Source: a virus (taxonomy: Duplodnaviria > Caudoviricetes). Taken from it: a stretch of DNA of 40,629 nt. The notes beneath the pieces were generated by a model that worked only from the letters and a program-made list of their open reading frames with translations, had not been told where the DNA came from and made no database searches. Both the position numbers and the translations under genes were made by a program. Of this stretch, positions 10,315-20,358 are shown piece by piece (the first letter of the stretch is position 1; the number at the start of each line of letters is the position of its first letter). The stretch spans positions 1 to 40,629 of IMG/VR virus record IMGVR_UViG_3300005512_000094; one strand, 5' to 3'.

Positions 10315-12453
10315 ATGGGAATATTACGCACCGATAAAATCTCTGGACTAGAGAGGGAGAAAGGACAGACTCCAAACTTAGTTTCCAACGGAGACTTTAG
10401 TGATTCTTCAATTGCCGGTTGGACTGGATATAATGCCGTTGTAAGTTATGATAGTGGTGCCGGTGGAAGAATTAAAGTTGATGATAGTGCAGGAGCAGGT
10501 GGATGGAGTAATGCTGCCTATGTAATCAATACAGAACCCGGAGCATCATATAGATTTGAAGTTAGATCTTCGGCAACTGATAGTGATACTCAATACGTTG
10601 GATATTATCAAGGAACTTATGATACTGCCGGAACTGCACCAACAGTTTATTCATCAGAAATTACCACCACTCCTTCTCTTCATTATTTTAATTTCATAGC
10701 AACGGGCACTACTGTTACTATAATGTTGATTGCCAATAATAATGGAGTCGTATATTTTGATGATGTTTCATTCAGAAAGACTGATGGAAACTCAATCGGA
10801 GGATCCGTTCATTTTGATGGAACCGGAGATTATATTACTTCATCTGCCCTCCATATAGCAGACTCCTGGACAATGGAGTTTTGGTATAACACATCGGTAA
10901 ATAATGCTTCACAAAGACCGATGAACTTTAGTAATAATTTGAACGGAGCAAATTATGTATATATTGAACTTGGAAGTAGTGGAAATATAAAAGCAAGAGT
11001 TTCAGGTGCAGCTGCATTTGGTAGTGTCGATGCACCTCCAACAAATCAATGGCATCATACTGCATTATCTTATGATGGTTCAACAGCATATTTTGCACTA
11101 AACGGAAAACTAATTGCATCAACAGCAGTTAGTTATAGTAATCATTCTATTCAAGTTAGATTTGGTGCAGATGAAAGCAACGCAGCTGTTAATTTATATA
11201 AAGGATATATTTCAAATGCTCGTATTGTAAGTGGAAAAGCACTTTATACCACAGACTATACAGTGCCAATACATACATTTGAAGTTGCAGATGGAACAAA
11301 TTTACTTTGTTTTAATAATACAGATTCTGCGGCCGCATCAGAACATGGACTCATTGGTGCAGCCCCTCCAACTCTCACCATAACAGGAAATGCAGCAGCA
11401 TCAACAGTCTCTCCAGGGCTCACCAGAGACTTCACATCAGGCACAGAGTTTCAGGGTGTCACAACATTTGATACACAAGGATATTTTGTTCCACCATCAG
11501 GTACGACAGAACAAAGAGGCAGAGGTCGTGGAGTATTTTCTGCAGGATCTGGTACTCCTGGAAGCACTGGGTCAAAAAATATTGAATATGTTCAAATCAG
11601 TTCTAGTGGAAATGGAATTGATTTTGGTGATTTATCGGAGGGTAGTCAATCTCAAGGTGCTGTGTCCAGCACAACTAGGTCAGTAATATCATTGGGTGAT
11701 CCAGTTCCTGCAGTTCAAACAAATATTATAGAGTTTATAACCATAGCAACTACTGGTGATTCAGTTAACTTCGGTGATTTGACTACAAGAAGAAGTAGAA
11801 CTTCTGGAGTCGCAAGTCAAACTAGAGGAATATATATTGGAGGCACAAATGAATTAGTATCACCTTATGGTGGATCTACAATTTCATATACAAATACAAT
11901 GGACTATATTACAATTGCATCATTAGGAGATGCGATTAACTTTGGAGATACAATTACTAAAGCAGCACATGGAAATGCTGTATGTAATTCCACCAGAGGA
12001 TTAATAGCAAATAATTTCAATGGATCTAGTGCAGTAAACACTATAGAATATATTACTATTGCAACAATAGGAAATACACAAGACTTTGGTGACTTAACAA
12101 GAGCAGAAACTTATCTTTTTAGGGGGTGTTCTGGTTCAAATTCAACTCGTGGTATATTTGCTGGTGGATATAATGGTGGTATTAAAAATATTATTGACTA
12201 TGTTACAATTAATAGCACAGGTAATGCAATAGATTTTGGTGATTTAACACTTGCAACTAGAAGTGGTTCAACAACATCAAATTCGATTAGAACAATGTTC
12301 TTTGGTGGATATAATGCATCAAATGGAGGAAGAATGAACATTATTAGTTACGTAAATATAATGTCAACTGGTGATGCACAAGATTTTGGAGACTGTAAAG
12401 AAAGAGGACAAGAAGGAAGTGGGTCTTCAGATTCCCACGGTGGTCTCTCATAA
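10315..12453 (+). CDS. Propeller paralog 6 with a CBM4/9-like domain and a LamG domain
   Basis: NLVSNGDF..GW...YFDDVSF carbohydrate-binding-module-like segment, LamG, six repeats; ends SDSHGGLS. Confidence 0.7.
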   Translation: MGILRTDKISGLEREKGQTPNLVSNGDFSDSSIAGWTGYNAVVSYDSGAGGRIKVDDSAGAGGWSNAAYVINTEPGASYRFEVRSSATDSDTQYVGYYQGTYDTAGTAPTVYSSEITTTPSLHYFNFIATGTTVTIMLIANNNGVVYFDDVSFRKTDGNSIGGSVHFDGTGDYITSSALHIADSWTMEFWYNTSVNNASQRPMNFSNNLNGANYVYIELGSSGNIKARVSGAAAFGSVDAPPTNQWHHTALSYDGSTAYFALNGKLIASTAVSYSNHSIQVRFGADESNAAVNLYKGYISNARIVSGKALYTTDYTVPIHTFEVADGTNLLCFNNTDSAAASEHGLIGAAPPTLTITGNAAASTVSPGLTRDFTSGTEFQGVTTFDTQGYFVPPSGTTEQRGRGRGVFSAGSGTPGSTGSKNIEYVQISSSGNGIDFGDLSEGSQSQGAVSSTTRSVISLGDPVPAVQTNIIEFITIATTGDSVNFGDLTTRRSRTSGVASQTRGIYIGGTNELVSPYGGSTISYTNTMDYITIASLGDAINFGDTITKAAHGNAVCNSTRGLIANNFNGSSAVNTIEYITIATIGNTQDFGDLTRAETYLFRGCSGSNSTRGIFAGGYNGGIKNIIDYVTINSTGNAIDFGDLTLATRSGSTTSNSIRTMFFGGYNASNGGRMNIISYVNIMSTGDAQDFGDCKERGQEGSGSSDSHGGLS

Positions 12454-12474
12454 ATATGATAGAGGTATAAGAAT
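12450..12474 (+). promoter_or_regulatory. Late promoter overlapping the stop codon, plus RBS spacer
   Basis: ATAAATATGATAGAGGTATAAGAAT then ATG. Confidence 0.65.
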
Positions 12475-13524
12475 ATGAGTCTCCCCCCATCAGGCGAAAT
12501 CCCACAGGGTGCAATTAGATTTAATACTGACTCCCAGAAGTTAGAGTTTTATGCTCAGGGAGAATGGTGGATAATGTCTACTGATACTCCTAATCTTGGA
12601 CAAGGAACTGATTCAACTCCTGGTGCTCGTGGATTGTTTGGTGGTGGATATGATTCTCCCAATGCAAGAGATGTAATAGATTACATAAACATTTCATCAA
12701 CTGGTAATGCAATAGATTTTGGTAATTTAAGTGCAGCAAAGCAGAATCCATATGGTGCATCATCAAATACTCGTGCGGTATTTGCATCTGGCAGGATTTC
12801 GTCAGGTGGTACAAATGTGATGGAATATGTAACAATCGCATCAACTGGTAATGCTGTTACTTTTGGTGAAAAAACAACTAAATCAAGTAATAATAGTGGC
12901 GGATGTTCAAATCAAACTAGAGGTGTATTTAATGGTGGAAATACACCAGCACCATTTACACCAATTGATACTATCGATTATATAACAATAGCATCAACTG
13001 GTAATGCAGTAGATTTTGGAAATTTATCAGGAGGAAATGCTACTCAACAATCAGGAATTGCATCCCCCACTCGTGGTATATTTGCTGGGGGATATGCACC
13101 AGGTACTGGACACAATGATGCAATAATAGAATTTGTTAATATCGCAACAACTGGAGATACACAAGACTTTGGAGAATGTACGGCAGTACAAAATCTTAGA
13201 ATGGGTGGATGTTCAAATGCAACTCGTGGGTTATTTGGTGGAGGACAACCAAGAAGTAATATTACAATAGATCTTATCACAATGACATCAGCAGGAAATG
13301 CTATTGATTTTGGAAATTTATCATCTGGTAGAGTATTTTTAACTGCAACTTCATCAGCAACTCGTGGTGTATTTGCTGGAGGAAGTGGTCCATCAGGTTA
13401 TTCAGGATATGATGTAATTGATTACGTTCAATTTACAACACAAGGAAATGCAGTAGATTTTGGAAATTTATCTTCCGCAAGAGGAAGATCCAAAGGTCTC
13501 TCTAACGGTCACGGAGGGTTATAA
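12475..13524 (+). CDS. Propeller paralog 7 (short form)
   Basis: PQGAIRFNTDSQKLEFY near the start; six repeats; ends SNGHGGL. Confidence 0.7.
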   Translation: MSLPPSGEIPQGAIRFNTDSQKLEFYAQGEWWIMSTDTPNLGQGTDSTPGARGLFGGGYDSPNARDVIDYINISSTGNAIDFGNLSAAKQNPYGASSNTRAVFASGRISSGGTNVMEYVTIASTGNAVTFGEKTTKSSNNSGGCSNQTRGVFNGGNTPAPFTPIDTIDYITIASTGNAVDFGNLSGGNATQQSGIASPTRGIFAGGYAPGTGHNDAIIEFVNIATTGDTQDFGECTAVQNLRMGGCSNATRGLFGGGQPRSNITIDLITMTSAGNAIDFGNLSSGRVFLTATSSATRGVFAGGSGPSGYSGYDVIDYVQFTTQGNAVDFGNLSSARGRSKGLSNGHGGL

Positions 13525-13527
13525 GTC

Positions 13528-15996
13528 ATGGCAAAACTAAGAGTAGATAAAATTGCAGCACCAATAGTCAAGGATGAATTTACTGGGTCAGTGCATTTTG
13601 ATGGCACTGGTGATTATTTAAGTGTTGCTGATCATAGTGATCTAGATTTTGGAACCGGTGATTTTACTATTGAGTTCTGGGCATATGCAAAAACATCAGC
13701 ACTACATGATGGATATGTCGGTAAAAGAAATATCGGTTCATTCAATAATAATTCTTGGAGAATTGCATATAATAATACCTATGATAATATTAATTTACTT
13801 CACGCTGATAGTGGTGGTGATTTTACTGCTGCAGCAGCACCTGCTCCAGGACAATCTTGGTCTCACTATGCTTTTACCAGGCAATCTGGCACACTGAGAG
13901 TATTTAAAGATGGAGTTTTAACCACATCAGCAACTGGTTGGACTTATGATTTTAGTAATATCTATGATTTACTGATAGGAGCAAATATTACTTCGGATTA
14001 TCATCTTGATGGTTACATCTCCAATCTCCGTATCTGCAAAGGACATGCAGTTTACACTGGAAACTTCACACCACCAACCAGAGAACTAGAAGTTCATACC
14101 AAAGCACCAAAGGGAGTTGTATTCCCTGCGGCAGATAACAGAACTGTTCTCTTAGCTTGCCAATCTTCTACTGATGCAACAGCAGATTCATCGGGAAGAC
14201 ATATTATCACTGCTAATGGTAATGTAACAGCAGCAGATGCAAACCCAGGATTACTTCGTAAGACAAATATAACTTCAACCATCACCGAGAACACAGGGTC
14301 AGTATTTTTTGATGGCACTGATGATCGTTTAGATATTGCTCATAGCACTGATTTTCGTATTGCTGATAGTAATACATTTGAGTGTTGGATAAACTATAAT
14401 TCCTTACCAGGAAATAATCTATTTCTTGGAGTAGAAAGTTCATATTGGATTGGTTATAATCACACTGGTGTAGGTGGAGCAAGTAATAAATTTGTATTCA
14501 CAATCTATAATGGATCTTCATGGCAGGCAGTTAGTTCCTCAACAACACCAGTAGTCGGCACTTGGTATCACCTTGCCGCAGTAAAAGATGGAACATCTCT
14601 TAAGATGTTCGTTAATGGTGTTTTAGAAAATACAACCACAATGAGTGGAACTGCTGCTGCTGTAACTGATTTCTTTAATATTGGTAAATGGAATCAGGCA
14701 GCTGCTGGACAAGGAGTTAATGGATATCTTTCTAATGTTCGTGTCTGCAAAGGACATGCAGTTTATACCTCAAACTTTATACCACCAACCAAAGAACTAG
14801 AAGTTCATGAAGGCCCAGATGATGACCGAACTGTTCTTCTTGCGTGTTATGATGGAGAGAATATCTTTGCAGAAAAAACAGGAAGACACGTTTTAATGGC
14901 ATATGGTGATCGCACAAGTTCTCCAACACCCACAGCAACTGATAGTCCAATAGGATCAACAACAGTCACACCAGGACTTACAAGAGAAGTAGATCCTACT
15001 GCTGGTCCAACATTCCAAGGTGGAGTAGGATTTGTCTCACAGAACTGGTTGACACTACCAAAGGGAACAACAACAGAAAGATATGCAGGTTCAAATAGTG
15101 CAAATCCTGCACCTAGAGGACTAAGAGCAAGTGGACAAGTTGCTCCAAACAATGCAATTACGAATACCGTTGATTCTGTTGAAATTGCAACCACTGGAAA
15201 CGCACTGGATTTTGGAGATTTGATTACTAGTAAATTTGGAGCAGGTGGAATCGGATCTCCCACCAGAGGATTGTTCTGTGGTGGAGGAACTCCAACAAGA
15301 CAATCCGCAATTGATTATTTTACTATCTCAACTCGTGGAAACGGACAAGATTTTGGTGATATCACTGGTTCTACAAGAACACTTGCAGGAGCAACTGGAG
15401 GAAATGCGACCAGAGGTTTAACATTTGGTGGAGCAACAGCAGCATCAACTTCAAATGTTATCTGTGCAATAACTATTTCAACCACTGGTTCTGCGACAGA
15501 TTTTGGTGATTGTACAAAACAAAATGGAACTGCAGTTGTTTGTTCTCCAACTCGTGCAGTTTCTGCTGGTGGAGACTCTGCTGCAAATGGATCACATATC
15601 AATACAATTGATTTTGTGACCATCCAATCAATGGGTAATACTCTTGATTTTGGAGATTTACTTTCTGCTGGATCTGGAAGAGGAGTGTCTAGTATAACTC
15701 GTGGATTATTTTCTAATGAGAGCACTGCCGGTAAAAGAATAAACTATGTTACTATTGCAACCACTGGCAATGCAGTAGATTTTGGAGATTTGATTAGCAA
15801 TAATGCAAGTGGTGGTTGTGCATCATACTCATCTTTGACCAGAGGATGCTTTGCTGGAATAAAAACACCATCAACCACCAATACGATTGAGTATTTTACA
15901 ATACCAACTCTTGGAGATGCATTAAACTTTGGTAATTTAAGTCAATCAGTGAACAATGGCGGTGGACTTTCCAACGGTCACGGTGGTCTTGGATAA
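13528..15996 (+). CDS. Propeller paralog 8 with two LamG-like domains
   Basis: MAKLRVDKI start like paralog 4; two LamG domains; six repeats; ends SNGHGGLG. Confidence 0.7.
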   Translation: MAKLRVDKIAAPIVKDEFTGSVHFDGTGDYLSVADHSDLDFGTGDFTIEFWAYAKTSALHDGYVGKRNIGSFNNNSWRIAYNNTYDNINLLHADSGGDFTAAAAPAPGQSWSHYAFTRQSGTLRVFKDGVLTTSATGWTYDFSNIYDLLIGANITSDYHLDGYISNLRICKGHAVYTGNFTPPTRELEVHTKAPKGVVFPAADNRTVLLACQSSTDATADSSGRHIITANGNVTAADANPGLLRKTNITSTITENTGSVFFDGTDDRLDIAHSTDFRIADSNTFECWINYNSLPGNNLFLGVESSYWIGYNHTGVGGASNKFVFTIYNGSSWQAVSSSTTPVVGTWYHLAAVKDGTSLKMFVNGVLENTTTMSGTAAAVTDFFNIGKWNQAAAGQGVNGYLSNVRVCKGHAVYTSNFIPPTKELEVHEGPDDDRTVLLACYDGENIFAEKTGRHVLMAYGDRTSSPTPTATDSPIGSTTVTPGLTREVDPTAGPTFQGGVGFVSQNWLTLPKGTTTERYAGSNSANPAPRGLRASGQVAPNNAITNTVDSVEIATTGNALDFGDLITSKFGAGGIGSPTRGLFCGGGTPTRQSAIDYFTISTRGNGQDFGDITGSTRTLAGATGGNATRGLTFGGATAASTSNVICAITISTTGSATDFGDCTKQNGTAVVCSPTRAVSAGGDSAANGSHINTIDFVTIQSMGNTLDFGDLLSAGSGRGVSSITRGLFSNESTAGKRINYVTIATTGNAVDFGDLISNNASGGCASYSSLTRGCFAGIKTPSTTNTIEYFTIPTLGDALNFGNLSQSVNNGGGLSNGHGGLG

Positions 15997-16018
15997 ATAT
16001 CGATAGAGGTATAAGAAC
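15993..16018 (+). promoter_or_regulatory. Late promoter overlapping the stop codon, plus RBS spacer
   Basis: ATAAATATCGATAGAGGTATAAGAAC then ATG. Confidence 0.65.
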
Positions 16019-17065
16019 ATGTCAGAAATCCCAAGAGGAGCAATACGATTTAATACTGATAGTAATAAACCAGAACTCTGGGATGGATCACAGTGGGCAG
16101 AGTTTCAGTTAAGCACACCAAATCTTGGTAGAAGTGTTGATACGCAACCTGGTGCTCGTATGATTGTTGCTGGTGGTAACAACTATCAAGCACCAGCATC
16201 TGATATTCATGGAGAAATTCAATATATTAATGTTGCATCAACGGGAAATAGTGTAGATTTTGGTGCAAATCTTATCCAGTCAAGAAGAAGATTAGCTGGA
16301 ATGGCATCTGCCACCAGAGGTGTTTTTAGTGGTGGTGCAACACCCAGTGCAAGTAATCAGCAAGATTTTGTAACATTTTCATCAACGGGAACTTGCACAG
16401 CATGGGGTGATACTGCCAATCTTTCTGGCACTACTGATGGTATGGGATTTTCTAACTCCACAAGAGGTATAATAAAAGCCGGGTATGTTGCCCCTACTGG
16501 TGCAACTTCCACAATGGATTACATTACCATTGCATCTGCAGGAAATACTCAGGATTTTGGTGATTTAACAAAACATGGTGATGCTGGTGGTGTAGCAGGA
16601 AATTCTACCAGAGCACTTATGGCTGGTGGTTTAGTTCAACCAGGACTGCAAAGAACAGCAGAAATTAGTTACGTTACCATTCATACTCTCGGAAATAATG
16701 TTGTCTTCGGAGAATTAAGCAATCCTAGATGGTCTCTGACTGCATGTGCAAATAGAACAAGAACAGTATGGGGAGGTGGAGGAACTCCAACTAAACAAAG
16801 TGATATTGAATATGGGATTATTTCATCACTAGGAGGTAATACTAATTTTGGAGATTTGACTGTTAATATGTCCACTTGTAGCACTGCGGGAAGTGCCACT
16901 CGTGGGATATGGGCAGGAGGATATAGAGATCCTAGTGGTAATGCATCAGCTAACATTGATTATATTGAACTATCAACAGAAGGAAATGCAGTAGATTTTG
17001 GAGATTTATCGCATAAAACAACTGCTGGCGGTGCTGCTGTTTCTAACGGTCACGGAGGGTTGTAA
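16019..17065 (+). CDS. Propeller paralog 9 (short form)
   Basis: MSEIPRGAIRFNTD start; six repeats; ends SNGHGGL. Confidence 0.7.
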   Translation: MSEIPRGAIRFNTDSNKPELWDGSQWAEFQLSTPNLGRSVDTQPGARMIVAGGNNYQAPASDIHGEIQYINVASTGNSVDFGANLIQSRRRLAGMASATRGVFSGGATPSASNQQDFVTFSSTGTCTAWGDTANLSGTTDGMGFSNSTRGIIKAGYVAPTGATSTMDYITIASAGNTQDFGDLTKHGDAGGVAGNSTRALMAGGLVQPGLQRTAEISYVTIHTLGNNVVFGELSNPRWSLTACANRTRTVWGGGGTPTKQSDIEYGIISSLGGNTNFGDLTVNMSTCSTAGSATRGIWAGGYRDPSGNASANIDYIELSTEGNAVDFGDLSHKTTAGGAAVSNGHGGL

Positions 17066-17086
17066 AAACCCGCATATTGTATTATA

Positions 17087-17093
17087 CTAAATA
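17087..17093 (+). promoter_or_regulatory. Late promoter (CTAAATA) upstream of the four-gene cassette
   Basis: Motif match in an AT-rich intergenic gap. Confidence 0.55.
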
Positions 17094-17124
17094 CGATAGT
17101 TATTAAAATATAAATTGAACTGAT

Positions 17125-18051
17125 ATGACTGAGAAAAGTTCTGCTATTACTTCGGTAGATTTGACTCCAGGATCAGAAATTTCTGTTACAACGCTCAAGA
17201 GTGACCTTGCACAACTTGCAACTGGTCCTCTGCCGCAAGAATACAAAGGAATGTTGACTCACATTGAGGAAACTCTGCCTGCAACTCAAGCTGCCTGTGA
17301 CAACTTCTATAAGTCTCACTCACAGATGATGACTGTGACTTTGGATATCACTGATCTGACACCTGTCCGTAGTATTAAACATACTCTTGCCGCGATTGAG
17401 AGAACGAAGAGTGCTCTGGCAGAAGCACAAATCAATCGTCGTAAGAATGAGATTAAGATCAAGAAAAAGCAGAGAGAAATTGATGCTGCCGAGGATGATC
17501 TGGATCGTGAAGAACTTGAGATCGAAATGATCGAACTCATGAACAACAACATGAACATTGAGAACTCAATGAAGGGTGCCATCCGTAAGATGTCTTTCTT
17601 GATGACTCAGTATCGTTCTGTTCTGGATCACATCGGTAAGGATCACATTACCGAAGAAGATTATGAGCGTGAAGAGAAGCGTTACCATGTGATGACTGCA
17701 CTGAAGCAGGCACTGAACTCGGCACGTCCTCGTGGTGGTGTGATTGATGAGGGCAACTCCATCTATCTGTTTGATATTGGTGTGAATGTTTCACACGCAC
17801 AGGCAGAGGTCTTCAACTATCTGAAGATGGAGAATGAACTGATCCAAAATGGTCAGGCACCTTCACATGAAATGACCGTTGAGTGGTTGGAAAAGTGTGC
17901 GGATAAGTTCCAGGATTGTTCGGAACGATTTGCAGAGAGTCGTGGATTCACGATTCTGGATGAGAAGTCTCTTGCAAAACCTGACTTCCCCACCATGCTT
18001 CCTTCCTCTGTAGACGAAGAGTTTGCTAAATTGAAAGCAGCAGAAGAGTGA
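17125..18051 (+). CDS. Hypothetical protein, predicted alpha-helical with a coiled-coil segment
   Basis: Long ORF with an E/K/R-rich helical stretch; codon usage (CTG, CGT, ATC) resembles the gp32 gene. Confidence 0.75.
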   Translation: MTEKSSAITSVDLTPGSEISVTTLKSDLAQLATGPLPQEYKGMLTHIEETLPATQAACDNFYKSHSQMMTVTLDITDLTPVRSIKHTLAAIERTKSALAEAQINRRKNEIKIKKKQREIDAAEDDLDREELEIEMIELMNNNMNIENSMKGAIRKMSFLMTQYRSVLDHIGKDHITEEDYEREEKRYHVMTALKQALNSARPRGGVIDEGNSIYLFDIGVNVSHAQAEVFNYLKMENELIQNGQAPSHEMTVEWLEKCADKFQDCSERFAESRGFTILDEKSLAKPDFPTMLPSSVDEEFAKLKAAEE

Positions 18052-18052
18052 T

Positions 18053-18775
18053 ATGAGTTTACATCTTGTTATTGGCACCCCTATGTACGGGGGTATGTGT
18101 ACAAGTGAATATACAGATTCACTTCTCAAACTCTCCGAATCATGTAATAAGTCAGGGGTCAAACTCACCACCATCTTTCTTGGTAATGAGTCCCTGATTC
18201 AACGTGGTCGCAACACAATTGCTCACCACTTCATGAATCTGCCTGATGCAACTCACCTTTTGTTCATCGATGCGGACATTAAGTTCCGTGTCGAAGATAT
18301 TGTGAGAATGATCAAGGCAGATAAAGAATTGATCATTGGTCCTGTTGCACTGAAGGGATACAACTGGGAACAAATTCGTATGGCGGCACTTGCCGGTGAA
18401 GATGACATTGGACGTACCGGTGGTGTTTTCAATATTAATCTTCTTCCGGGAATTAAGATGGAAAATGAAAATGAACCATTTGAAATTGAACACGGTGGCA
18501 ATGCCTTCATGATGATTCGCCGTGATTGTCTTGAAGCACTCGAACCTGTAACTCCCATATATACTAATGGTGGAAGATCTTTACCTGACGGTGTAGAAAT
18601 CAAAGACTACTTCCGTGTAGAGATAAATAAAGATACAAACCATTTGTTATCTGAGGATTATTTTTTCTGTCATTCATATAGACAGATTGGTGGTAAAGTC
18701 TGGTGTGCTCCTTGGGTAGAGACTGGACATTTTGGATCTCATCTCTTCAATGGTAAATACTCTAGAACAAATTAA
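18053..18775 (+). CDS. GT-A fold glycosyltransferase-like protein
   Basis: N-terminal VIGTP strand, ESLIQRGRN, HLLFIDADI (DxD motif), SEDYFFC, C-terminal GH. Confidence 0.7.
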   Translation: MSLHLVIGTPMYGGMCTSEYTDSLLKLSESCNKSGVKLTTIFLGNESLIQRGRNTIAHHFMNLPDATHLLFIDADIKFRVEDIVRMIKADKELIIGPVALKGYNWEQIRMAALAGEDDIGRTGGVFNINLLPGIKMENENEPFEIEHGGNAFMMIRRDCLEALEPVTPIYTNGGRSLPDGVEIKDYFRVEINKDTNHLLSEDYFFCHSYRQIGGKVWCAPWVETGHFGSHLFNGKYSRTN

Positions 18776-18780
18776 TAAAA

Positions 18781-19557
18781 ATGTCTCAACCAGTCATTAA
18801 ATATACACTCACAAAACAGGGTAGACAACCTGATTGGTTGTCAAAACATGCTGATTCTTTCAAGGGTGAACACAGTACTTCCGCAAATAAGGCAGGAAAA
18901 CTTCCTCGTTTTGGTTCTCCACAGGATACCATTTATCTGGGTATTGGTGCAGGTGATCCTGATGATGATGGAACTCCTGATGGTTATGTCGGAATCATTA
19001 CCACCAAGGCAGAACTTCAGACTTACATCACCGAAGTTGGAACTGCCGCTGGATATAAAACCATTACAGACACTTTAGTTGGTGTTCAAACTTCTGTGAC
19101 TGTTGGTCTCACCACTGCCTGGGAATCTGGTGTTGGTCTGACTACGACCACAACTGATAAGGTTACTTATACCGGTGTCGGAACTGTCATGACAATAACC
19201 GGATCTCAAGTTACCAGAGTTGTAACCGAAACTTCTGATTCTGAAGGATATACGACTGTTGATACTCCAATTGTTGTGGATCCTGCATCTACTCTGACAA
19301 TCACTGGTGTTACAACATCTGTAGGAGTGACGACTGTTGGTGATGTCACCACCACAACCACGACAACGACATCGGAGTATTCTCATACTGATGCATACAC
19401 AAATACTTCTACTTCTAAGTCTGAAACTACCACTGATGGTGTGACCACCAGAACTGATACGGTCACGACTAATGAGTATGAAAGGTATGAAACATCATAT
19501 GATTATGCGGCAGAAGCAACTAGACTCTGGGATAAGTACGAAGCAGTAAACGCCTGA
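18781..19557 (+). CDS. Hypothetical protein with a long Thr/Val-rich region
   Basis: ORF in operon; runs such as TTTTTTTTS and GVTTSVGVTT. Confidence 0.7.
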   Translation: MSQPVIKYTLTKQGRQPDWLSKHADSFKGEHSTSANKAGKLPRFGSPQDTIYLGIGAGDPDDDGTPDGYVGIITTKAELQTYITEVGTAAGYKTITDTLVGVQTSVTVGLTTAWESGVGLTTTTTDKVTYTGVGTVMTITGSQVTRVVTETSDSEGYTTVDTPIVVDPASTLTITGVTTSVGVTTVGDVTTTTTTTTSEYSHTDAYTNTSTSKSETTTDGVTTRTDTVTTNEYERYETSYDYAAEATRLWDKYEAVNA

Positions 19558-19563
19558 TAAAAC

Positions 19564-20355
19564 ATGAAATTTCATTTTGATTGTGGACTCCCTCGTTCGG
19601 GGTCCACACTTTTGACTGCAATATTAAACCAAAATCCTCAAATACATGCGGGCACATTGTCCCCTGTGTTTGAGGTTATGTATTATACGAACGACATACT
19701 TCAGGGAGAACAGGCACAGGCATTTCCTAAACCCGATGTATTCCGTAAGATGGTGCGTGATGGTATCATCAACTATTATTCCGATAGAGATGAACCAGTC
19801 ATCATTGATAAGTGTAGAGCATGGCCTGCACACATTGATATGCTGAAGAAATATGTGACCGATGATCCAAAGATAATTTGTACTGTTCGTAATCCACTAG
19901 ATATATTAGCATCATTTATCACACTCTTTAAAAAAGATGGTGGATTGAACTTCATTGATAAGGCAATGCTCAAGCGAGGATTGTTCATTACTGATGATGC
20001 ACGATGCCATTACATGATGAATCCTGGTGGTATTGTATGGGAAAGTATGAATGCACTTGCCACTGCATTTCGACAGAATCAAACTCAACATATTCATTTT
20101 GTACAGTATGATGATCTGGTAAGTGACCCAGAGAAAGCACTGCAAGGTATTCATTGGTTCTTAAAACTCAAACCATTTGAGTATGACTTTGAGAATATCA
20201 AAGCAAAAGATAGAGAAAAAGATAAAGAAGTATATGGTCTACCAACAATGCACGAGGTTAGATCATCAATTGAGAAGAAGTCAAAGCACTATTCTGAGGT
20301 GCTTAGTGAAGAGGTCATAAATAAATATAAGAATATGGATTTCTGGAACCGATAG
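19564..20355 (+). CDS. PAPS-dependent sulfotransferase family protein
   Basis: GLPRSGSTLL (5'-PSB loop), RNPLDILAS (3'-PB motif), YDDLVSDP. Confidence 0.85.
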   Translation: MKFHFDCGLPRSGSTLLTAILNQNPQIHAGTLSPVFEVMYYTNDILQGEQAQAFPKPDVFRKMVRDGIINYYSDRDEPVIIDKCRAWPAHIDMLKKYVTDDPKIICTVRNPLDILASFITLFKKDGGLNFIDKAMLKRGLFITDDARCHYMMNPGGIVWESMNALATAFRQNQTQHIHFVQYDDLVSDPEKALQGIHWFLKLKPFEYDFENIKAKDREKDKEVYGLPTMHEVRSSIEKKSKHYSEVLSEEVINKYKNMDFWNR

Positions 20356-20358
20356 TAG

